Positions 1-9,140 of a DNA stretch of 40,935 bases are shown here, piece by piece (position 1 is the first letter of the stretch; each line of letters opens with the position of its first letter). Source of the stretch: an uncultured bacterium (GTDB lineage: Bacteria; Gemmatimonadota; Gemmatimonadetes; Gemmatimonadales; Gemmatimonadaceae). The notes beneath the pieces were generated by a model that worked only from the letters and a program-made list of their open reading frames with translations, did no database searches and was not told the DNA's origin. A program made the position numbers and the translations under genes. The stretch spans positions 1-40,935 of the forward strand of contig CAXBQP010000029.1 in assembly GCA_963978095.1 (NCBI GenBank), given 5' to 3'.

Positions 1-560
1 GTGGCCGCGGCGGCCCGCCGCTCGACTACTCGCTCGACGACAAGCCGCAGAAGAAGGCCGCCCGCGAAATGATGAAGATGGTCGCCGACATCAACGGCAA
101 GTATCTCACCGGCGCCGGCCTGACGATGGACGCACGGAACAGCGTGACCTGCGAGACCTGCCATCATGGGCTCGCCAAGCCCCGAACGCTCCGCAATGCG
201 CTCGGGGGCGCCCTCGACGCCAAGGGGGTCGACTCGGCGGTCGCGCTGTATCGTGAGTTGCGCACCCGCTACTACGGCACTGCCGCGTATGACTTGAGCG
301 AGAGCGCCCTCCTGGGCGTGGCCAACGATGCGAGCCGCGCCAACAAGACGCCCGCTGCGCTCGCGCTGCTCAAGCTCAATCTCGAGTTCTACGAGAAGTC
401 CGCGGGGACGTATTCGGCGATGGCCAACATCAGTCTGGCCGGCAACGATACCGCTTCGGCGATCGCCGCTCTGAAGAAGGCGATCGAACTGCAGCCGAAC
501 AATCCGCAAGCGCAGGGACTGCTGACGCGTCTCACCACCAAGCCCCCGCAGACGCGGTAG
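1..560 (+). CDS. 5'-truncated c-type cytochrome (photosynthetic reaction-centre cytochrome c-like domain) with C-terminal TPR
   Basis: Frame is open from base 3 (GRGGPPLDYSLDDKPQKKAAREMMKMV). It has a heme motif VTCETCHHG preceded by the family-like DxSxDDKPxKxxARxMxxMV segment, and a TPR-like C-terminus (AIAALKKAIELQPNNPQA). Confidence 0.7.
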   Translation, partial: GRGGPPLDYSLDDKPQKKAAREMMKMVADINGKYLTGAGLTMDARNSVTCETCHHGLAKPRTLRNALGGALDAKGVDSAVALYRELRTRYYGTAAYDLSESALLGVANDASRANKTPAALALLKLNLEFYEKSAGTYSAMANISLAGNDTASAIAALKKAIELQPNNPQAQGLLTRLTTKPPQTR

Positions 561-580
561 CAGGGCGCTAGATTCCACGC

Positions 581-1213
581 ATGCGCTCACTCATGTGTCA
601 TGCGCTGGTCTGGATGGCGGTTCCTGTGGCGTTGGCTGCCCAGGGGCTGCCGCCCACCCCTGCGCCCGCGACTGCGCCCTCGTATGCGATCGCTGGTTTT
701 GCCGGCGGGGTACAGCGGGCGGAATCCGGCAAGCAGGAGAATGGGAGTCGACTGATGGCTGCCGTGTCACTCCTGCATCCGCATGCCGCAGTCGGGGCGA
801 TCAGTCTGATGGAAGCCAGCATCGCCTTTGCGCAGATGAACAGCTCGACGGCGAACTACGCGGTGCGTGAGAACTCGGTGGAGTTCGGTGCCACTGCGGA
901 CGTGGTCGCCATGGTGCGGTCGTTCTGGCACCTCGATGCGGGGGTGGGGCTCGTGCTCAGCCACAGCCTGGGCTGTGCCACCAATGGCGCGGGGAGCACT
1001 CCCGCGGGATCCGTCCCGTGCGTGCACCGCTATGCGAACAGCGGCTCGTCGCTCTTGGGCTACCGTACGCGTGTCATCAGCAACTGGGGCGGCGACTACA
1101 CCACGGTGATGCTGGGGCTCGATCTGTCCGCCCATACGGTGGCGGCGGGGACGAGCGTGGTGCCGAGTTTCTTCACCGGTGTGCGCTACAACCTGGGACC
1201 GATCGGGCGCTGA
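581..1213 (+). CDS. Hypothetical secreted protein, possible small outer-membrane beta-barrel
   Basis: Signal-peptide-like N-terminus (VALAAQ), alternating amphipathic beta-strand patterns and a terminal strand FFTGVRYNL. TAGATT lies 6 nt before the ATG. Confidence 0.55.
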   Translation: MRSLMCHALVWMAVPVALAAQGLPPTPAPATAPSYAIAGFAGGVQRAESGKQENGSRLMAAVSLLHPHAAVGAISLMEASIAFAQMNSSTANYAVRENSVEFGATADVVAMVRSFWHLDAGVGLVLSHSLGCATNGAGSTPAGSVPCVHRYANSGSSLLGYRTRVISNWGGDYTTVMLGLDLSAHTVAAGTSVVPSFFTGVRYNLGPIGR

Positions 1214-1243
1214 GCCGTCGCAGCGCCCGGTCGATCCCCGCGC

Positions 1244-2665
1244 TCACCCGACGGCGGCTTTCGCCTGCTGGAGCTGCGCGGCGACGGCGGTGGCGCCGGT
1301 GCCGCCCGCGATGTCGCGGTGTGCGAGCGAGGTGCGTGCCTGCAGTTCGTGCAGCACATCGGACTCGAACGCATGGTGCGCCTTCACGAAACTCTCACTG
1401 GGGAGTGCGGTCATCTCGATTCCCTTCTCCTCGGCCTCGCGCACGAGTGCGCCGACGGCGCCATGCGCTTCGCGGAAGCTGACGTGCTTGCGCACGAGGT
1501 AGTCGGCGAGATCGGTGGCCATCATCGATGACGTGCAGGCCGCGGCCATGGTGTCGCGGTTGAAGGTGAGCGTCTCGAGCGAACCGGCCACGGCGGGCAA
1601 CAACAGGAGCATGCCGTCCACCGCGTCGAAGAGGGCGCGCTTGTCCTCCTGCAGATCCTTGTTGTAGCCGCTCGGGAGTCCCTTGATCGTGGCGAGCAAT
1701 CCGACGAGATCGCCGAGCATGCGGGCGCCGGAGCCGCGCGCAAGTTCGAGGGCGTCGGGGTTCCGCTTCTGCGGCATCATGCTCGAGCCGGTGCTGAAGC
1801 TGTCGCCGTAGCGCACGAAGCCGAACTCGCTCGAGCCGTAGAGAATGAGATCCTCGGCGAGGCGCGAGAGATGCATGCCGAGCATGGTGATGGCGTAGAG
1901 CGTGTCGGCGATGAAATCGCGATCGCCGACGGCGTCGATGGAGTTCATGCTGACGCGGTCGAAGCCGAGTTCGGTGCGCAGCAGCTCGCGATCGATCGGG
2001 AAGGCGGAGCCCGCGATGGCACCCGAGCCCAGCGGCATGACGCCTGCCGAGCGCGAGGCGGCGGCGAGGCGTTCGCGGTCGCGCACCAGGGGCCAGAAGT
2101 GATTGAGCATCCAGTGGGCGCCGCTCACCGGCTGCGCGCGCTGCATGTGCGTGTAGGCCGGCATGATCGCGTCCTGGAGCTGTTCGGCCTGCGCGATGAT
2201 GGCGCGCTGGAGCGACTCGATCCGTGCGTCGATGCGGCGGATGGCATCGCGGGTCCAGAGGCGGGTGGCGGTGGCGACTTGGTCGTTGCGGCTGCGTCCG
2301 GTATGGAGGCGCGAGGCCGGATCGCCGGCGGCGTCGTGGAGGAGGCGGTCGATGATGGTGTGGACGTCCTCGTCGGAGGCGATCGGTGGTTCACCGGCGG
2401 CGAGTCGGGCCGCGACGGTGTCGAGTCCCGCGCGCACGGTGTCGCACTCGGCGGTGGTGAAGACCCCCGCCTTGGCGAGGGCGAGGGCCCAGCCTTTGGA
2501 GAGTTGGATGTCGAAGGGCCAGAGGCGGAAATCGACCGTGATGGAGCGGTTGACGGCTTCGAGGGCCGGATGCGGCCCACCGGCAAAGCGACCGCCCCAG
2601 AGTTTGTGGGCGCCGCCGTGCGCTGCGCCGGTGGGGGAACTGGGGTCAGCGTTCGTGGGGGTCAT
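1244..2665 (-). CDS. argH: Argininosuccinate lyase
   Basis: KLWGGRF, HTGRSRNDQVAT, PLGSGAIAG and the fumarase-superfamily signature GSSMMPQKRNP. AAGGA precedes the ATG. Confidence 0.97.
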   Translation of the reverse strand: MTPTNADPSSPTGAAHGGAHKLWGGRFAGGPHPALEAVNRSITVDFRLWPFDIQLSKGWALALAKAGVFTTAECDTVRAGLDTVAARLAAGEPPIASDEDVHTIIDRLLHDAAGDPASRLHTGRSRNDQVATATRLWTRDAIRRIDARIESLQRAIIAQAEQLQDAIMPAYTHMQRAQPVSGAHWMLNHFWPLVRDRERLAAASRSAGVMPLGSGAIAGSAFPIDRELLRTELGFDRVSMNSIDAVGDRDFIADTLYAITMLGMHLSRLAEDLILYGSSEFGFVRYGDSFSTGSSMMPQKRNPDALELARGSGARMLGDLVGLLATIKGLPSGYNKDLQEDKRALFDAVDGMLLLLPAVAGSLETLTFNRDTMAAACTSSMMATDLADYLVRKHVSFREAHGAVGALVREAEEKGIEMTALPSESFVKAHHAFESDVLHELQARTSLAHRDIAGGTGATAVAAQLQQAKAAVG

Positions 2666-2680
2666 CGGATTCCTTGGGCT

Positions 2681-2734
2681 TGCATATCAGGAACATAAAT
2701 ATGCGAATATGGAACCGGAACATGCATGTTCCGG
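2681..2734. promoter_or_regulatory. AT-rich argR-argH intergenic region with candidate ARG-box and a perfect 20-bp palindrome
   Basis: AACATAAATATGCG (2692-2705) resembles the ARG core TGMATAnnTATKCA. A half-site TGCATA lies at 2681-2686 and the palindrome CCGGAACATGCATGTTCCGG at 2715-2734. Confidence 0.5.
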
Positions 2735-2740
2735 CGGCGG

Positions 2741-3202
2741 TCAGCCTTTTTTCGCGAGGGAGAGGAGGCGTTTGGCGACGCGTTCGCGGGCCGAGTCGGA
2801 GCGACAGATGATGAGGATGGTGTTTTCGCCGGCGATGGTGCCGAGGACGTCCGGGTTTCCTTCGTTGTCGATCGACTCGGCGATCGGTTGGGCGCCGGCG
2901 ACGACCGTGCGGACGACGATGAGGTTGCCGGTGAAGTCGAGGCGGGCGAAGAGCTGCGGGAAGATGGAGGCGAGGGTGGCGCGTCCTTCCTCGGAGGCGG
3001 CCGTTGCGTCCGGGACCGTGTAGCGGATGCCCGTGGGGGTGGGGATCCGGGCGATGCGCAGGTCGCGCATGTCGCGCGAGAGGGTGGACTGGGTGACGTC
3101 CCATCCGCGTTCCGCCAGGAGCTGGCGGAGTTCCTCCTGACTGCCGACGGGGCGAGTCGCGATGAGCTCCCGGATCACGGTCTGGCGTTCGCGTTTGGTC
3201 AT
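2741..3202 (-). CDS. argR: Arginine repressor
   Basis: MTKRERQTVIRELI, SQEEL, VTQSTLSRD winged HTH and C-terminal GTIAGENTILII. Start moved to ATG 3202. Confidence 0.95.
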   Translation of the reverse strand: MTKRERQTVIRELIATRPVGSQEELRQLLAERGWDVTQSTLSRDMRDLRIARIPTPTGIRYTVPDATAASEEGRATLASIFPQLFARLDFTGNLIVVRTVVAGAQPIAESIDNEGNPDVLGTIAGENTILIICRSDSARERVAKRLLSLAKKG

Positions 3203-3264
3203 GGGCGGTCGGGAGGTGAGAGGCAGAGGTAGGGTAGCGCGGGGTGCGGCGTCTCGGAAGCAGG

Positions 3265-3315
3265 TTGACAACCGCGAGATGCGTACTTATGCATTATCTA
3301 ATGCATAGAATACCA
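3265..3315 (+). promoter_or_regulatory. argC promoter with tandem ARG-box-like operators
   Basis: TTGACA at 3265-3270 with TATGCA 17 bp downstream. Cores TGCGTACTTATGCA (3280-3293) and TGCATAGAATACCA (3302-3315). Adjacent to argR. Confidence 0.65.
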
Positions 3316-4263
3316 ATTGGCGTCCTCGGCGCAAGTGGGTATGCCGGACGCGAGCTGTGTGCGCTCGTGCGAAAGCACCCGAATCTTCGGTTGGCCTTTG
3401 CCACCGCGAATGAACAGGCCGGTCGTACGGTCGAGCTACCGGGTGGCGGCGCGGTCACCTTTGTGGCGACGGATCAGGCGCCGCTGGCGGAGGCACAGCT
3501 GATCTTCAGCGCCTTGCCGCACGGGGCGTCCAAGGTGTGGGTCGAGCGCTCGCGGGCTGCGGGGGCCAAGGTGGTCGACCTGTCGCACGACCTGCGGATC
3601 GGCAATGGGGTGGAGGGGATCGTCTACGGACTGACCGAACTCCACCGCGCGCAGATCCGGGGTGCGGACCTCGTGGCGAATCCGGGCTGTTATCCGACGT
3701 CCATCGCGCTCGCGCTGTTGCCGCTGATCGAGCAGGGGCTGGTGGCGCCGCACGCGACGATCATCGCCAACTCCGCCAGCGGCGTGACCGGCGCGGGCTT
3801 CACGGCACGCACCGACCTGCTCTTCGGCGAGATCACCGAGAACTATCGGGCCTATGGCACCGGGAACACGCACCGGCATCTCAACGAGATGCGGGCGTTG
3901 CTCGGCGCCTTGCAGTCGGATGCGGAACTCGTGTTCACCCCGCATTTGTTGCCGATCGCGCGCGGGATCCTCTCGAGCATCACCGTGCCGTTGCGCGGGA
4001 CGCTGGACGACGCGATGGCGCCATACCGGTCGCGCTACGGTACCGAGCCGTTCATCGAACTCGCGAGTTCCCCGCCGGAGTTGCGGCATGTGACCGGGCG
4101 CAACACGGTCCGGATCTACGCGCAGCCCTTGGCACAGCTGCGGCAGCCGACGCTGCTGATTCTCTCGGCGATCGACAATCTGGTGAAGGGAGCGGCGGGG
4201 CAGGCGTTGCAGAATGCCAATCTGATGCTGGGACTCGACGAGACGGCGGGTCTGCCGGCATGA
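3301..4263 (+). CDS. argC: N-acetyl-gamma-glutamyl-phosphate reductase
   Basis: GASGYAG Rossmann motif, ALPHG, DLSHDLR, YGLTE, catalytic NPGCYPT, SGVTGAG and DNLVKGAAGQA. Start ATG 3301 is inferred. Confidence 0.95.
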   Translation: MHRIPIGVLGASGYAGRELCALVRKHPNLRLAFATANEQAGRTVELPGGGAVTFVATDQAPLAEAQLIFSALPHGASKVWVERSRAAGAKVVDLSHDLRIGNGVEGIVYGLTELHRAQIRGADLVANPGCYPTSIALALLPLIEQGLVAPHATIIANSASGVTGAGFTARTDLLFGEITENYRAYGTGNTHRHLNEMRALLGALQSDAELVFTPHLLPIARGILSSITVPLRGTLDDAMAPYRSRYGTEPFIELASSPPELRHVTGRNTVRIYAQPLAQLRQPTLLILSAIDNLVKGAAGQALQNANLMLGLDETAGLPA

Positions 4264-5033
4264 AGCGGGTCGTGAAGATCGGTGGGCGTGCCCAGGGCGA
4301 CGCACGGCTTCCGGCGGCGCTCGCGGCGGCGACGCTGGCGGCGCTGGCGACGCCGAGCGGCTTCCTGTGCGTCGTCCACGGGGGCGGCGACGAGGTCACG
4401 AATCTCCAGACGCGGCTCGGGCTGCAGTCGGCGTTCATCGGCGGACGTCGGGTGACGAGCGTCGAGGATCTGGAGATCGTGCGGATGGTGTTGTCCGGGG
4501 CCACCAACAAGCGCATGGTGGCGCAGTTGATTTCGCAGGGGGTGCGGGCGGTGGGGATCTCGGGTGAGGATGCCGGGCTCTTCACGGCGCAGATCACCGA
4601 TCCGGCGATGGGACGTGTGGGAGGGCGCGTCACGGTGCATGCGGCGCTGGTCGAGCACTTGGTACAGGGCGGGTTCGTGCCGGTGATCTCACCGCTGGCG
4701 CGCGACGCCGACGATGTGGCGGGTGCCGGACTCAACGTGAATGGTGACGATGCGGCCGCGGCGCTCGCGGCGGCGACCGGCGCCGACGAGCTGGTCCTCG
4801 TGGCGGATGTGCCGGGGGTGCTCGACGCCGGCGCGGTGATCCCGGAGATCGACGCCGCGATGGCGCAGCGGTTGATCAGCCGTGGTGTGGCGGCCGGCGG
4901 CATGGCCGCCAAGCTCGACGCCGCGCTCACGGCGTTGCGCGGTGGTGCCCAAGCGGTGCGAATTTCAGGGCTCGACGGTATCAGTGACCGCGGCGCCGGG
5001 ACGCGCATCGTGCTTTCCTCCCCTCAGGCGTAG
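4260..5033 (+). CDS. argB: Acetylglutamate kinase
   Basis: VVKIGG, VHGGG, RVT, NVNGD, DVPGV and GGMAAK motifs. ATGA overlap with the argC stop. Confidence 0.92.
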   Translation: MKRVVKIGGRAQGDARLPAALAAATLAALATPSGFLCVVHGGGDEVTNLQTRLGLQSAFIGGRRVTSVEDLEIVRMVLSGATNKRMVAQLISQGVRAVGISGEDAGLFTAQITDPAMGRVGGRVTVHAALVEHLVQGGFVPVISPLARDADDVAGAGLNVNGDDAAAALAAATGADELVLVADVPGVLDAGAVIPEIDAAMAQRLISRGVAAGGMAAKLDAALTALRGGAQAVRISGLDGISDRGAGTRIVLSSPQA

Positions 5034-5040
5034 AGACATC

Positions 5041-6228
5041 ATGACGACGCATCCGACCTCCGCTCCCCAGACCGACGCGCTGCTGGGCGTGTACAAGAAG
5101 CCGCCCATGGAGTTCGTGCGTGGCGCGGGCGTGTACCTCTACGACGCCGACGGCAAGGGCTATCTGGACTTTGTCGCCGGCATCGCGGTGAACGCACTCG
5201 GCTACGGTGATCCCGGCGTCGACGCCGCGATGCGCGAGGCGATGGCAACGGGGATCCTGCACACCTCCAACCTGTATCGGACGGCGCCCGGGGAGCAGTT
5301 GGCCGACAAGTTGGTGGCGCGCACGTTCGCGGATCGCGTGTTCTTCTCGAACTCCGGCGCGGAAGCGAACGAAGGGGCGTTCAAGATCGCCCGTCGCTGG
5401 GGGCGTGCGGTGGGGGGAACCGCCAAGCACGAGATCGTCTCGCTGCGTGGAGCCTTCCACGGCCGCTTGATGGGAACGCTCGCGGCCACGGATCGCCCGT
5501 CGTATCGGGCGCCATTCCGCCCGCTCGCGGGCGGCATCGCGATCATGGAACGCGACCTCGATGAGCTCGCGGTGAAGCTCAGCGCCGAGACGGTCGCGGC
5601 GGTGATCGCGGAGCCGGTGCAGGGGGAAGGAGGGGTGCGCGTGCTCGATAGGGCATTCCTGCAGGGACTCCGCGCCCTCACGCAGGAGCGGAACATCGCG
5701 TTGATCCTGGACGAGATCCAGTGCGGCTACGGTCGTACCGGCACCTTCATGGCACATGAGCACTGGGGCATCACCCCGGACATTCTCACGATCGCGAAGC
5801 CGATGGCGGCGGGCTTGCCGATGGGCGGCATTCTGACCACCAAGGCGATCGCCGATCCGATGCAGCCCGGTGATCATGGCACCACCTTCGGCGGCGGTCC
5901 ATTCGTGGCGGCCGTCGGCAATCATGTGTTCGATCGCGTGTCCGATCCCGCATTGCTCGCGCATGTGACGGAGCAGGGGACGTTCATCGGCGCCACCTTG
6001 CAGGGGATCGCGGAGAAATCCGCGAAGGTCCGTGCGGTGCGCGGCATGGGCTACATGTGGGGAGTCGATGTGGTGGACCCCGCCAAGGACATCATCGGGC
6101 GTTGCATGGACGCGGGGCTCTTGGTCTGTTCCGCCGGCGAGCACACCCTGCGCTTGCTGCCGCCGCTCGTGATGTCGCGTGAGGAGCTGGCGGCCGGCCT
6201 GCAGATCCTGGAGTTGGCGATCGGCTGA
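5041..6228 (+). CDS. argD: Acetylornithine aminotransferase (class III PLP)
   Basis: DFVAGIAVNALG, NSGAEANE, FHGR, EPVQGEGG, DEIQCGYGRTG, AKP (PLP lysine) and HGTTFGG. Confidence 0.93.
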   Translation: MTTHPTSAPQTDALLGVYKKPPMEFVRGAGVYLYDADGKGYLDFVAGIAVNALGYGDPGVDAAMREAMATGILHTSNLYRTAPGEQLADKLVARTFADRVFFSNSGAEANEGAFKIARRWGRAVGGTAKHEIVSLRGAFHGRLMGTLAATDRPSYRAPFRPLAGGIAIMERDLDELAVKLSAETVAAVIAEPVQGEGGVRVLDRAFLQGLRALTQERNIALILDEIQCGYGRTGTFMAHEHWGITPDILTIAKPMAAGLPMGGILTTKAIADPMQPGDHGTTFGGGPFVAAVGNHVFDRVSDPALLAHVTEQGTFIGATLQGIAEKSAKVRAVRGMGYMWGVDVVDPAKDIIGRCMDAGLLVCSAGEHTLRLLPPLVMSREELAAGLQILELAIG

Positions 6229-6256
6229 GACGCGCCGGACGCCGGACGCCGGATGT

Positions 6257-6297
6257 GACGAAGGGGAGCGCCGACACGATCGGCGCTCCCCTTCGTC
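6257..6297. terminator. Likely bidirectional intrinsic terminator hairpin
   Basis: Perfect 18-bp stem GACGAAGGGGAGCGCCGA / TCGGCGCTCCCCTTCGTC with a 5-nt loop, between convergent genes. GTTGTT follows on the + strand. Confidence 0.8.
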
Positions 6298-6312
6298 GTT
6301 GTTCGGTCCGGC

Positions 6313-7350
6313 TCAGTTACCCGGTTTCTGGCAGCCGTAGCGGAACTCCTTCTCGGCCGCCTTGGGGTTGGCGGCGATCTTCCAGAAGTCCGCGTTCCAC
6401 TTGAGCATCGACTTGCTCTTGTCTGGGGCCAGCGAGGGGACCTTGGCGAGCCAACCGTCGATGACGTCCTTCTTGGCGAGGAAGGCATCGAGCGTCGGCT
6501 TGAGCTGTGCCGCGGTGAGGCAGGGGCCACGATAGAGACGATCCGTGACGCTGCGGATCTTGAGGCGCGAGTCGGGAGCGGAGTAGCGCGTGTTGACGGC
6601 GCCGGACCAGTCGAAGTCGTACGCCACCGGGTCGAGCTTGGCGGTGGCGGTATCGCGGAGCATCACGATGTTGTGCAGTGCGGAGAGCGACCAGTCGGTG
6701 TTGCCGACGAAATACTCCCACACGCTGACGCGGGCGAGCGCCTCGGGATCGACGTCGTCGAACAGCGCGCCCTTGGTGGTGTCCGGCTTGAGCTTGAGGT
6801 GCTGGCCGACATCGCTGATGTCTTCGATGAAGAAGGCCCAGCTGGTGATCGGCTTGTCCTTGCTGAGCGTGTCTCTGTAGGTGATGCGCGCGAGACGGAC
6901 GCGGAAGCTCTCCTTGGAGATTTCGTTGTACATCTTGTAGAGCGCGTACTCCTGCAGGATGTACTGTTCGTACTCGCTGTCGCCCGGACGGCAGTTGGTG
7001 GTGATCTTGACCTTGGCGAGCCCGTTGAAGATCGAGGCCTTGGCGTCGCTGCTCTTCCAGTTGAGCCAAAGGGGCGGGAAGTCGCAGTTGCGGGCCTGAC
7101 GGCGGAAGTGGCCGCGGGCGCGCAGTGTGACGGGGAAGGTCACGGTCTTTCCGCCCTCGCCGGCGTAGCTCAGCACGCCGGGATGCTTGTTGATCGCGAG
7201 CGAGTCGCGCTGACGGAGCAGGGCCTTGAGTTCGGTGGTGATGGTGATGTTCACCACGGAGTCGCCCTTGAACAGCTTCTCCTGGGCTTCGGCGCGCGGG
7301 GCCCAGGCGAGGAGCGCGAACATGGCGAACAAGCGGAGAGGTCGGATCAT
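6313..7350 (-). CDS. Secreted protein with CotH-like atypical kinase motifs
   Basis: Signal peptide (MIRPLRLFAMFALLAWAPRAEA-Q), RARGHFRR, EYALYKMY, FFIED, GNTDWS..HN and PVAYDFD. GGAG precedes ATG 7350. Confidence 0.65.
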   Translation of the reverse strand: MIRPLRLFAMFALLAWAPRAEAQEKLFKGDSVVNITITTELKALLRQRDSLAINKHPGVLSYAGEGGKTVTFPVTLRARGHFRRQARNCDFPPLWLNWKSSDAKASIFNGLAKVKITTNCRPGDSEYEQYILQEYALYKMYNEISKESFRVRLARITYRDTLSKDKPITSWAFFIEDISDVGQHLKLKPDTTKGALFDDVDPEALARVSVWEYFVGNTDWSLSALHNIVMLRDTATAKLDPVAYDFDWSGAVNTRYSAPDSRLKIRSVTDRLYRGPCLTAAQLKPTLDAFLAKKDVIDGWLAKVPSLAPDKSKSMLKWNADFWKIAANPKAAEKEFRYGCQKPGN

Positions 7351-7541
7351 ATCAGCTCCAGGCGTGCAGAGTGTAGGCCGGTGAGATCGGGGCATGAGCC
7401 TGTCGAAAAGTTGTACATCGGGGCGGCCGGCGGCAACCCACTGGCGCGCTCCGGCACCGGGGGGCATCCTAATAGCTACTATATGAATATCGACCGTCCC
7501 GGCGTCCGGGCGGTGCCTTCGTACTGTTTCAGGGTGGGTCC

Positions 7542-9137
7542 ATGTTTCGTCGCATGATCGCGGCTGCGGGTCTGTCGACCGGGTTGGTCGCCCCGGGAGC
7601 CGCGCAGCAGGCAACCGGATCGAGCGTCGCCGCGCGCCCGACGTTGGTCGTGTTCATCACGATCGACCAGATGCGGGCCGACTATTTCGAGCGATTCAAG
7701 TCGCAGCTGACCGGGGGGCTCAAGCGTCTGCACGACGAGGGGGCGTTCTTCACGCAGGGCTATCAGGATCATGCCATCACGGAGACGGCCCCTGGCCATG
7801 CGTCGACGATGTCCGGACGGTTCCCGGTGCACACGGGGATCATGATGAACTCCCAAGGGGTGAATACCTCGTCGGCGCCCTTGATCAACGCGCCGGAGCA
7901 GGGGGCGTCGCCCTTCCGCTTCCAAGGAACGACGCTGACCGACTGGTTGCGGGCGGCGGATCCGCGCACGCGCTTTCTCTCGGTGTCACGCAAGGACCGC
8001 GGGGCGATCCTGCCGATCGGGCGCAGCAAGGGCGATGTGTATTGGTGGTCGGGGAACGGCACGTTCACCACGAGCAGCTACTACGCGGACGCGCTCCCGT
8101 CGTGGGTGACTGCGTTCAATGCGCGGCGGATGGCGCAGTCCTACGCGGGCAAGACGTGGAATCTCCTGCTGCCGCCGAGCGCGTATCCGGAACCCGACAG
8201 CGTCAGCCTCGAGAGTCTCGGGATCGATTATGTCTTTCCGCACGAGATGCTGAACGACGCCACCTACGCGGCCAAGAACATCGCCGGGTTCCCGTGGATG
8301 GATGATCTGACGCTCGCGTTCGCGCTCGACGGCGTGTCGAAGCAGGAGCTCGGCGCGTCGGCGGACCGGACCGACATCCTGGCGGTGTCGCTGTCGACCA
8401 CGGACGCGATCGGCCATCGCTTCGGCCCGGATTCGCGGGAACTGCATGATCACGTCCTACGGCTGGATCGCGCGCTCGGGGTGTTCCTCGACTCGCTGTT
8501 CGCGCTGCGCGACCCTCGGCACGTGATCGTCGCGCTGACCGGCGACCACGGCATGAGTCCGTTTCCGACGCTCCGCTCGACGATCTATCCCAATCAGGAT
8601 GCCAAACGGGTCTCGATCGACCAGGCCCTGTTGGCCCTGCGCGTGCGGTTGAGTGATGCGTCCATCGATACCACGGCCGTGCAGTTCGACGATGGCGTGA
8701 TCACGGTGACGCGCCCCGAGGCATTCACCAAAGCGGGGGTGAGCGCGGATTCCGTACTCGCCGATTTCGCGCGGGACATCGCGCGGACGCAAGGCGTGTT
8801 GCGTGCGGATCTGGTCAGCCGACTGGCGTCAGCCGATACCGTCAACGACACGATCGCCCGGCGGTGGCTGCACATGTTCGCCCCCACGGGGCCGACGCGC
8901 CTCGTGATCACGCTGACGCAATACAGCTACTGGTATTCCACCAACTACGCGACACATGGATCGCCGCACGACAACGATGCCAACGTTCCGGTGCTCTTCT
9001 GGGGTGCGGGCGTGATTCCGGGGGTGCATGCCGAGTTCGTCCGCGTCGTGGATATGGCGCCGACGCTCGCGGCACTGCTCAAGATCACGCCGCTGGAGAA
9101 ACTCGACGGCGTCGTCTTGCGCCAGGTCGTGCGGTAA
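7542..9137 (+). CDS. Alkaline phosphatase / nucleotide pyrophosphatase family protein (PafA-like)
   Basis: Signal peptide, ITIDQMR, Thr-nucleophile region TETAPGHAS, SRKDRGAIL, DAIGHRFGP, TGDHG and HGSPH. Confidence 0.9.
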   Translation: MFRRMIAAAGLSTGLVAPGAAQQATGSSVAARPTLVVFITIDQMRADYFERFKSQLTGGLKRLHDEGAFFTQGYQDHAITETAPGHASTMSGRFPVHTGIMMNSQGVNTSSAPLINAPEQGASPFRFQGTTLTDWLRAADPRTRFLSVSRKDRGAILPIGRSKGDVYWWSGNGTFTTSSYYADALPSWVTAFNARRMAQSYAGKTWNLLLPPSAYPEPDSVSLESLGIDYVFPHEMLNDATYAAKNIAGFPWMDDLTLAFALDGVSKQELGASADRTDILAVSLSTTDAIGHRFGPDSRELHDHVLRLDRALGVFLDSLFALRDPRHVIVALTGDHGMSPFPTLRSTIYPNQDAKRVSIDQALLALRVRLSDASIDTTAVQFDDGVITVTRPEAFTKAGVSADSVLADFARDIARTQGVLRADLVSRLASADTVNDTIARRWLHMFAPTGPTRLVITLTQYSYWYSTNYATHGSPHDNDANVPVLFWGAGVIPGVHAEFVRVVDMAPTLAALLKITPLEKLDGVVLRQVVR

Positions 9138-9140
9138 TCG

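Noticed and set aside
1..560. Evidence of phototrophy
   Set aside because: A single PufC-like heme domain fused to TPR, without puf or bch genes, is not diagnostic.
3301..5033. argC/argB as LysW-dependent lysY/lysZ
   Set aside because: No lysW or lysX in the window, and the context (argR, argH, ARG-like boxes) favours the acetylated arginine pathway.
6232..6253. Short tandem repeats (7-bp CGCCGGA units here, 9-bp GACTCCAGC near 9830-9850)
   Set aside because: Two to three copies with no spacers. Not CRISPR, and likely slippage in GC-rich DNA.
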